Source: a virus (Duplodnaviria > Caudoviricetes). Taken from it: DNA of 64,000 nucleotides. Below the pieces are notes generated by a model. That model had not been told where the DNA came from, searched no databases, and saw nothing but the letters and a program-made list of their open reading frames with translations. A program made the position numbers and the translations under genes. Position 1 is the first letter of the stretch. Each line of letters opens with the position of its first letter. The DNA is taken from the IMG/VR virus record IMGVR_UViG_3300021400_000447, positions 1 through 64,000 of that record; one strand, given 5' to 3'. Positions 55,622 through 64,000 of the stretch are shown in pieces.

Positions 55622-56038
55622 ATGAAGATTTTTTTGAGTTTACTTTTTACTATTATGCTTTTATTTAATTTTTCTGCCGCGGAAGCGCCGTCTCCAGATG
55701 CAGAAACACTTGTGCGGTTTATCCCAGATTTATACTTTACATCAATTTATGCGCTTGAAGATGATCCATGGGTGTTAATTAATGAGTTTTCTGAAGAAGA
55801 TAGCACCATGTTTGTTGTTGATGAAGCGCTTGAAGTGCAATTGGATGAAGAGCTAGATGAAGTTACAATGTTTTGTACTAGATATTACAATGCCGAAGAT
55901 AGCATCTTTGTAATCTGGCACAATGATAGTAATACTATTATTATATCTCCTGATGTAATTGATGGTTGTTTACTATTGGACATGCATGAAATTTAGCCAA
56001 GCGTATATCGTGTTTATGTAATGTTTATGGAGCCGTGA
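55622..56038 (+). CDS. Exported acidic protein with signal peptide, 1 TAG
   Basis: MKIFLSLLFTIMLLFNFSAAE; D/E-rich; ends TGA within terminator. Confidence 0.6.
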
Positions 56039-56052
56039 GGCTCTTTTTTTTA
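56030..56052 (+). terminator. Intrinsic terminator
   Basis: GAGCC-GTGA-GGCTC followed by T-run. Confidence 0.8.
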
Positions 56053-56082
56053 TTGTATCAATAGGTATTGGAGGCTATTTTA

Positions 56083-58584
56083 ATGAGAAAAAAAGCAATA
56101 AAAAGCTCATCAACAAGCTCAAAAAAAAGAACAGCCAACATGGGTAGTGGAGCATCATCTGTCTAGCCAGCAATACCCGGGATAAATTTGCCTGCATTTA
56201 AGTTAAATGATTTATTTGTATATTTTTCAGATTTATAGAGAAATACAGGTTAGAAAGACTGGGTAGCGTAGCGTCACGCATTGTACAAGGCTGCATCAGG
56301 TACATTCAAAACTGGTATAACAGCTATTTCAGTGATGAGTAATAAAAATGAAGGAGGCCGGCGATATGGCGGCAACCAATTAATATAGGCAATTGAACTC
56401 CTTAAAACTCTCGCGCAGTCTGAGCAAGCAAAAGAAATGGCGGCAATACGATCATATGTAGATCATAAAAGACAAATAATGCATGAAATGGATCGAATGG
56501 GAATACAATTTCCAGGCATAAAAATGGATAAATTAACTATTACAAATGGTCTTGGAACTTATACGTCTAATTATGGAGACATAACTTCACAAGAATTCTA
56601 CAAATTCTATGTGCAAGAGATACAATGGTTAGCAAGAATAAATGCGATTAATAAAGATGCATTAAAAAAATTAATAGACGCACGAAATAGATTAGAATCA
56701 ATTTAGTATAGAGAAACAAAAGGAAAAGAACGCAGACAACTATGGGAATACACAAGAGATACTGCAGAAATGGCGGTCTCAAGAGAATATTTAGAACCAT
56801 TTTTAAATAATTTATTACAAACCAACAAACAAAAAGGATATAAAGGTGATTAGACGATAGATGCAAGTTTTTAGACGATAGTCTAGGAAGCTGTTATGAA
56901 AGTCATGACATCATCTCAAGTTGTATCAAATTTAGTCGCTAGATTTCTTACAACGAGCAACGGTTTTAATGGTTCTTCATAGCAAGATTTTGTTGCTCTA
57001 GCCAGTGCGCTTTTAGGTGATATAGTAAAACAAGTAGAAATGCATTTATTACAATCATTGGGGCGGAACGGCCAAAGAACTGGAATGAATTACTTTACTG
57101 ACATTCATGGAGTAGAGGGAAGAGAAGCTGTATTTGATCTTGTTGAAGAGTATATTAAGAAAATAGACAAAGGCGCAGCGTATGATGATTTTGACTCCAG
57201 TTTTTAGAGGGCATTAAGTTATTCTGCTTCCGATTATGATACAATCCGTGCTCAAGGAGTCCAGCAATTGCAAGAAGACTTAGCATCGTGGGCATCTGCT
57301 ATTGGAATTGAAACACCAGCTCTATAGAAAACATTGAAAGAAATTTTGGTACAAGATAAAGTAAAATTACGAAAAGAAGAAACAATTCGCAGAAAGACTG
57401 ATAAGTTAGTAGAGCAAATGAGAGATGATTTATACAGTATTATGATATCGGAAAAAGGCTTTAAATCTTTTAGCAGCCGTCAAATGAGAGCTGCAATTCA
57501 GCGATGGGGAAAAAGTATAAAATTTAAATTTAACCCTAACAATGCCCGCCAAGGCTCAATAAATGAAGCAATGTAGCAAATTTTGGTAGGTGGTATACGA
57601 CGTGCAGGTCTTATCGGCACTGATAGAACGTATGTAGTGGGAGAATTTAATATAGAATTTTTGAATCCAATAGAATCTCTCAGCGATCCAAAACAATCTA
57701 CATCTAAACTGTATAAAGCACTTCAAGATTATGGTAGAGAATTAGCAAAAATTAGAGACGACGCGTCTGGCCGAGAAAATCTTACACAGAGATATAACGA
57801 CGCAAAAAAACAATTAGATCAAGCAATAAATTTAATACAAAAATTTCTGTAGGAGCATAATGAACAGGTATTTATTGTGCATAGCAGCGATAAATTATCT
57901 GTAAATGCAGAAACTGGCGGTGTTATTGGACAAAAAGGATTCCAAGGAACAGAGTTTACAGGTTTTAGAGCCTTAGATCAATTGAACGCAGGTTTAAATC
58001 ATCTCGATGTATCAGCGCCCGGTGCGACAATAAATATTGATATAATTAAATTTTTATTATTAAACATGTCTAGTAATGCATTGGGTGGCGGTAATGAAGA
58101 TGCAATAAAAGATAGATTAATACAATATTTATCTGCGTTTGGTGCTATCTTAATGTTTGATGACATCGATCAAATGGTAATTGATCAAACAAAAACTGCG
58201 AAGGCAGTAACAAATTCTTTATCTACAATGTCAGGCGGTTTATATGCAATTCATATATTTACAATAAATGGTGTCTAGTTACCGCTATCATTAATACTAT
58301 TTTAGCTCGCCAAGCAGTATGAAAATTTGATAGCAGGAGCTAAAAATGGTTTTGGAAACGACCCAACGGATACTGTTAAGGTAAAAATTAGTAGTGGAGT
58401 AGGTGGCGTTGTTAGTGCATGGGTATCTAAAGCGCAACAAGGCAGAATGACAAACACATCATATTATGATCCTGATGATTGGGCTAATGTGGCAAATGCC
58501 GCAACTAGTTCAATAAAATTAAATATTATCTTTTTACAAAATTTTACAAAACTAATTAAAAATTTAACAGACCAAATATAGTAA
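56083..58584 (+). CDS. 833-aa orphan protein, TAG-rich, basic N-terminus
   Basis: GGAGG RBS; five track fragments in frame; gaps open apart from TAG; ends TAG-TAA. Confidence 0.75.
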
Positions 58585-58599
58585 TGGTGGGTGATACCG

Positions 58600-59049
58600 A
58601 TGGGTAGAATCTTAGATTTCTTAAAAAACTTTAAGAAACGTTATGATGCCAAATTAATTCGCGACCAAAAAATGGACGAATTTCTTAATGACACGCAAGA
58701 CAATAGAATCCGAATAGAGAACATTAACACAAGCATTTCCAATCTTAATCATTCTGTGATTTGCATTGATAAAAAAGTTGATGCCTTATCTACAGAAGTT
58801 GATGGAATAGGCCAAAAGATAAAAATAATTGGTAAGGGGACAAAAATGGAATTGTTTGATACCCTATATCATTGGAAAAAAATCTTGACCGACCGCGGCT
58901 GGGGCAGTCCGGCAGAGAAACACGAAGTAGAAGAAATATATAAAATCTATCACGATGGCCTCGGCGGCAATGGTCAAGGTGAGCATTATTATAATGAAAT
59001 AATGAATCTTCCTGAAAGTGAAGAGGAAATGAAAAAGAATATGAGGTGA
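58600..59049 (+). CDS. Holin-adjacent coiled-coil protein (Y..YH..LGGNG family)
   Basis: EEIY.IYHDGLGGNGQG..YY.EIM.LP motif. Confidence 0.7.
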   Translation: MGRILDFLKNFKKRYDAKLIRDQKMDEFLNDTQDNRIRIENINTSISNLNHSVICIDKKVDALSTEVDGIGQKIKIIGKGTKMELFDTLYHWKKILTDRGWGSPAEKHEVEEIYKIYHDGLGGNGQGEHYYNEIMNLPESEEEMKKNMR

Positions 59050-59054
59050 TTCTT

Positions 59055-59279
59055 ATGACTAATTTTAAGAAATGGATTAAGGCCGCTGGTATTCGCGCGA
59101 TAAAGACTGTAGCTCAAACAGCAGTAGCAACAATAGGCACATCTTTAGTATTGTCTGAAGTAAACTGGGTTGCAGTAGCATCTGCATCTGCCCTTGCGGG
59201 AATCCTTAGCTTGCTAACTAGCGTTGCTGGTCTACCAGAGTTAAAAGAAGATGGCACAATAGAGCCAGAAGCTGAATAA
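59055..59279 (+). CDS. Holin (r1t-like)
   Basis: KAAGIRAIKTVAQTAVA.IG, VNW..VASASALAGILSLLTSVAGLPE. Confidence 0.9.
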   Translation: MTNFKKWIKAAGIRAIKTVAQTAVATIGTSLVLSEVNWVAVASASALAGILSLLTSVAGLPELKEDGTIEPEAE

Positions 59280-59282
59280 TAT

Positions 59283-59311
59283 TTGACTTATCCTCCATTT
59301 TCTAGTATAAT
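59283..59311 (+). promoter_or_regulatory. sigmaA promoter
   Basis: TTGACT-17-TATAAT. Confidence 0.8.
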
Positions 59312-59337
59312 AAAATAAAAGAGAATGGAGGATAAAT

Positions 59338-59859
59338 ATGTTTGTTATTGAGCGAAAAAGTAAAGAAAAAATAAGCGAATTAGAAATATATACTGATGGC
59401 TCGCTCAAGAAATTCGGCGCAGAAATGACATTTGGCGGCTGGAGCTTTATAGCGATTCGTAATATGGAGAAAATTTATGAAGCTAGTGGCAGCGAATATG
59501 GCACAACTAGTCAAAGAATGGAACTTACTGCAATCGTTAATGCATTAGAATATGCAAATGAAATGCGTGATAAGAACGAGCGAGTTATAATTTATAGTGA
59601 CTCTGCTTATGCTATTAATTGTTTTCAACAACATTGGTATGAGAAGTGGATCGCCAATGGATGGAAAACATCAGCGCGAACAGATGTTTTAAATCGAGAT
59701 CTATGGGAAAAAATTATACCATATTTTGATAACTTTTGGTTTTTCTTTGAAAAAGTAAAAGGACACGCAAATGTTTTCTGGAATGAACAATGCGACATAT
59801 TGGCGTAGAACGAGGCAGAGAAGCAAAAAGTAAATTGGAGAGGTATAAATAATGGATAA
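59338..59859 (+). CDS. rnhA: Ribonuclease HI, 1 TAG after last catalytic motif
   Basis: IYTDGS, TSQRMELTA, YSDSAY, KVKGHA...NE.CD.LA. Confidence 0.9.
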
Positions 59860-60178
59860 CAATGATATTTATCGTGTTGATAGAGATGAATATGTTGGAT
59901 TTTTAAGCTCTATTAAACCAACCGCTCGACTCACAGAAACAATTAAAGACAACGGATATACTTTTATCAAAACCAGAAGTAATACAACTGATGTTCATTT
60001 TTGCACACGTATTGTTCCTCCAAATGAATCGGATGAAAATGAACAGTATTATATATTTAATATGCCCAATGAAGATGAAAGGCAACCTGAATAGCCGCGA
60101 GTAAAGATTAGGCTAGAGACACAAGAAGAAGTTCAAATTTTCTTTGATGTTCTTAAAAAGTTACAAGAGCGAGGTTAA
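59852..60178 (+). CDS. Hypothetical protein, 1 TAG
   Basis: GGAGAGG RBS; ends TAA. Confidence 0.6.
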
Positions 60179-60369
60179 CATGGAAGAATTATTTAATGAT
60201 ATTAGTGTTGATAAAAAAAAGTAGCATTAGCTATTTATTGATTTGACCTTAATGCACAATGGGCCAATTTCAGCAGTTAATAAAATTAATGATTATGCAA
60301 ATTTTTGCTCTTAGCGAGAAAGAGATTTCATTCATTTTTATTTAAAGACATTGGTGGAGCGAAAAAATA

Positions 60370-60924
60370 ATGAAAGTAATAATGATTAGCGGTAAAAGCT
60401 ATTCTGGAAAAGATACTTTTGCAAACATAATGAAGCGAGAACTAGAACAATCTGGCAAACGATGCACAATTTTACATTACGCAGATCCAGTTAAGTTTTT
60501 CGCTAAGCAAGTATATAATTGGGATGGAGTTAAAGACAAAGCTGGTAGGACACTATTACAGCATTTAGGCACAGATTGCGTCAGAGCATATGACCAAGAT
60601 TATTGGGCAAAAACTATTGCAATTTTTATTGCCGCGATAAAGAACGATTTTGATTATATTTTTATCCCAGATGCCCGTTTTGAAAATGAAATAAATATTA
60701 CATCATATTATAATCCAGGCGCTATAACAATTAGAATCAACCGCATAAATAGTGATGGTTCACCATATATTAATCCTAATTTTACATTAACCCAGCTTGT
60801 CCATCCAAGCGAAACATCATTAGATAATTGGAAGTATTTTGATTATATTGTTTCCAATTCTGATGATATGCAATCTTTTGAAGCAGAAGCTAAACGGATA
60901 GCAAAACTTATAGAGAGGAAATAA
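60370..60924 (+). CDS. Deoxynucleoside-monophosphate-kinase-like P-loop protein
   Basis: ISGKSYSGKDT, R.LLQ.LGTD, PDARFENE, HPSE. Confidence 0.75.
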   Translation: MKVIMISGKSYSGKDTFANIMKRELEQSGKRCTILHYADPVKFFAKQVYNWDGVKDKAGRTLLQHLGTDCVRAYDQDYWAKTIAIFIAAIKNDFDYIFIPDARFENEINITSYYNPGAITIRINRINSDGSPYINPNFTLTQLVHPSETSLDNWKYFDYIVSNSDDMQSFEAEAKRIAKLIERK

Positions 60925-60925
60925 A

Positions 60926-62035
60926 ATGAATTATTTTGAGATGGGCGTACAAAAATATTGGAGTCCAACCGCGGCAATGCCAAAAGAAGTTCGCCAACAA
61001 CATCTACAACAGATGATAGAAAGTGGTCAGTATTTGTGGTCTGAAAAATTTGATGGTAATTTTACACGAGCAGTAATTACAAAAGATCGCAATGCACTCC
61101 AAACGAGGGGAATTTCTAAAGTAACTGGTACATACTCTGAATTGCAGGATAAAGTATTTTTTTGGGATGCTGTAGTAAATGCATTTCAAAATGGTGATAC
61201 TGTAATTCTTGGAGAGCTGTATCTTAGCGGCGGCCGCGACAAGGATGTCGGTGCAATTTGTCGTTGTCTTACTCCAAAGGCACGAGCGCGGCAAAAAGAT
61301 CAAAAGTTGGAATGGAAAATTTTTGATGTGCTTGCATTAGACGGTAGAGATATGATTAATGAGCCAATTGAGGTTCGATCAAAATATATTGAGCAAGTCG
61401 TTGCGCGAATCAATCATCCTCTCGTAACAGGTGTTCCATATCACGAGATGAATAATAAGTTTTTTGATGAACTCAATGAAATTTTTGCTCGGGGCGGAGA
61501 GGGTGCAGTGTGTTATAGAAAGCATATTGTTTATACGCCAGATAAACGAACAAGTGCGTGGGATACTGTAAAAGTGAAGCAGGAAATTACAGATTATATA
61601 GATTGTGTAATTATGGATGTCGTTCCATGCGAAAAAAACTACAATGGGGACGATATGGCGCATTGGACAATGTGGAAAAATACAAGAACTGGAGAAATTG
61701 TTCAGGGAGAATATTTTTCTGCTTATCAACTTGGTGAACCCTATATTCCAATCTCACGTAATTATTTTTACAACTATCCTGGTGCTATGACAGTTGGCGT
61801 TTATAATGATAAGCATGAATTAATTCCATTGTGCAACGTAGCAGGTCTAACGGATGAACTAAAAGCACGACTGAGGGATGATTTTGATAGTTTATATCTA
61901 TGTCCAGTGTCCATAGGCGGTATGATGATAAGTAATACTGATTCTGGGCTTAGCATTAGACACCCATATTTGCACAGCATTCGCGAGAATGATATTCGTC
62001 CAGAAGATTGCACTTTAAATAAGATTTTAAAATAA
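60926..62035 (+). CDS. ATP-dependent DNA ligase
   Basis: SEKFDG motif I, ILGEL, FDVL, EGAV, KVK, C-terminal LSIRHP....IR. Confidence 0.85.
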   Translation: MNYFEMGVQKYWSPTAAMPKEVRQQHLQQMIESGQYLWSEKFDGNFTRAVITKDRNALQTRGISKVTGTYSELQDKVFFWDAVVNAFQNGDTVILGELYLSGGRDKDVGAICRCLTPKARARQKDQKLEWKIFDVLALDGRDMINEPIEVRSKYIEQVVARINHPLVTGVPYHEMNNKFFDELNEIFARGGEGAVCYRKHIVYTPDKRTSAWDTVKVKQEITDYIDCVIMDVVPCEKNYNGDDMAHWTMWKNTRTGEIVQGEYFSAYQLGEPYIPISRNYFYNYPGAMTVGVYNDKHELIPLCNVAGLTDELKARLRDDFDSLYLCPVSIGGMMISNTDSGLSIRHPYLHSIRENDIRPEDCTLNKILK

Positions 62036-62073
62036 AAACGAGTTGTTATCCTCAAACAACGAGGAGGTTTATT

Positions 62074-62673
62074 ATGGAGTTTGAATTTCTAGAAATCCCA
62101 GAAAAATTCGGCCTAGACCCAGTATCATATCAATATTTTAATCAACTTTTAAATCATCGTACTATAATTTTTAATCAAGAAGTCACGAGTGATATTGTCG
62201 AGAGTATATATGTGCCTCTTAAACAATTTGAAGAAGATAATGATATGACACCAATAACAATGATTTTTAACAGCGTTGGTGGTTCAGTTACTGATGGATT
62301 TTTCCTAGCGCATTATTTAACCCACTATTCAAAGCCACTAACAATCATCGTTACTGGTCAAGCTTCGTCTATGGCCGCGATTTTACTAAGCGCAGGAGGA
62401 AAAAATCCAAACGTAACGCGCGTGTGTTATCCTAGCACATATGCACTTATTCATGATGGATATGTTGCCGTACCTGCTAGTGAAGCAAAAACTGCGGAAG
62501 ATATAATGGCATTTAATCATCAAGTTGATTTACAAATCCGCGATTTTATTATTAATAACACAAATATTACAGCTGAATTATACGATTCCAAAACTAGGCG
62601 GCAATGGTTCTTAACAGCGCCAGAAATGAAGGAATTAAATTTAATTGATAAAATTATCGGATGTGATGATTAA
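62074..62673 (+). CDS. clpP: ClpP-like protease
   Basis: NSVGGSV, GQASSMAA, LIHDG, WFLTA.E..ELNLID.I. Confidence 0.85.
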   Translation: MEFEFLEIPEKFGLDPVSYQYFNQLLNHRTIIFNQEVTSDIVESIYVPLKQFEEDNDMTPITMIFNSVGGSVTDGFFLAHYLTHYSKPLTIIVTGQASSMAAILLSAGGKNPNVTRVCYPSTYALIHDGYVAVPASEAKTAEDIMAFNHQVDLQIRDFIINNTNITAELYDSKTRRQWFLTAPEMKELNLIDKIIGCDD

Positions 62674-63914
62674 TGACTATGCATGTATTAGATACATCAG
62701 CAATTCTAAATGGTGCGCTAAATGATTATAACACTTCTTGGATTTCACCATTGGTACTAGCTGAGTTGGAATAGATAAAAACTTCTGCGCATAAAGATAA
62801 TAATATCAAATTCCAAGCCCGTGCCGCAATACGGGCTATTATTAATGAAAAAAATATTAATTATATTATTGCGCCATAGAAAAAAATAGAAAAAATTATA
62901 AAGCAATATCAATTTCTATCTGACATCAATGATCATAAAATTTTAAGTGAAGCTTTTTGGATGGCCAAACGTACATGCGAGCCAGTAGAATTTATTACAA
63001 GCGATGGTGCACTATATGCAATCGCATGCCAGATGCCATATCTTTATCCGATATTATATAATCCGAATGTAACAGATACAACTGAATATTGTGGATGGGG
63101 AAAATATTATCCTAATGATAATACATTAACAATGTTATATGAGGATCCAAAAGTTAACACTTTAAAATGCAGAACAAACGAATATGCGCAAATCTTTTAC
63201 GAAGATAAATTAAAAGACATCTTAGTATGGAATGGAAACGAATATAGAAAATTAAAATATAAAGACATGAAAAATCCATACATTGATGAAGTCCTAAAGC
63301 CACGAAATCTAGAGCAGAAAATGGCGTTTGACCTCCTACAAAATCAGGACATTAAAGTAAAATTACTAACCTCCACTTGGGGCGGCGGAAAAACTTTAAT
63401 GGCATTAACATATGCACTAGAATAGGTATATAAAGGAAGATATGCTAAATTAATTTTTGTACGCAATAATATAATTGTTGCAGGAACAAATGATATTGGT
63501 TTCTTGCCCGGCGACCTTAATGCAAAAATGAGTATTTGGGGTGGTCCTTTAGCAGACCACCTTGGCGGTCAAGAAGTGTTAGAGCAGCTTATTGAAGATA
63601 ATACGATTGAAATTCTGCCATTATCACACATTCGCGGACGGTCAATTAGAAATTCAATTGTTATATGCGATGAGTGCGAAAACATGGACGACAAACTTGT
63701 TACTTTATTAATGAGCCGTATTGAAGAGAATAGTGAATTGATTTTCTGCGGCGACGTTGCTCAAATTGATAGCCATCGTTTTGAGGAAAATAATGGTATT
63801 AGGTCTATGGTAAGTCATTTATCTGGTTAGCCTTTATTTGGTTTAGTTAAATTAATTAAATCAGAGCGTGGGCCTATAGCCGAATTATGTAATTTAATTC
63901 GACCACCCGTTTAA
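62673..63914 (+). CDS. phoH: PIN-PhoH family protein, 4 TAG
   Basis: N-terminal VLDTS (PIN), NDHKIL; PRN.EQK.AFDLL, GGGKT, RGRSI, DECEN, GD..QID. Confidence 0.85.
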
Positions 63915-63917
63915 TAC

Positions 63918-63946
63918 TTGACTTTTTAATATGTATATAGTATAAT
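63918..63946 (+). promoter_or_regulatory. sigmaA promoter
   Basis: TTGACT-17-TATAAT. Confidence 0.75.
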
Positions 63947-64000
63947 ATAATAGAGGGAGCAAAGGAGTAATTAACCTTTGAGATAATGCTACTTACTTAG

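Noticed and set aside
1434-62055. Most minus-strand track ORFs
   Set aside because: Antisense shadows of strongly supported + strand genes; only the SpoIID gene has motifs and an RBS
1-64000. CRISPR array, integrase, IS element, rRNA
   Set aside because: No regularly spaced direct repeats, recombinase or transposase motifs, or rRNA-like sequence seen

Overview
64-kb segment of a large lytic dsDNA phage, probably infecting a gut/rumen Clostridia-type Bacillota host (inferred from GGAGG RBSs, sigmaA promoters, SpoIID- and DUF6273-like genes). Almost all genes are on the + strand. The phage reads TAG as glutamine (code 15). Most fragments in the supplied ORF track are pieces of longer genes split at TAG, e.g. 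15 track ORFs between 3068 and 12310 are one 3080-aa gene. 3-36 kb: TAG-rich tail, receptor-binding and lysis genes. 36-56 kb: early region with many near-consensus sigmaA promoters, 14 tRNA loci, RNA-repair and phosphoesterase genes, a small-paralogue array and several long structured non-coding tracts. 56-64 kb: an 833-aa orphan, holin, RNase H, dNMP kinase, DNA ligase, ClpP and PIN-PhoH. Top findings: (1) the amber (CUA) suppressor tRNA is split inside its anticodon by a ~175-nt group I intron and has an odd 23-nt extra arm resembling a Gln(CUG) anticodon loop, so decoding of TAG may depend on self-splicing; (2) a promoter-driven 594-nt RNA closed by a 26-bp terminal helix (ROOL/GOLLD-like size class, family unverified); (3) unusual tRNA-Ser(ACU) and tRNA-Ile(UAU). 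No capsid, terminase, integrase, CRISPR array or reverse transcriptase was recognised. All family assignments are from motif recognition by eye, not database searches.
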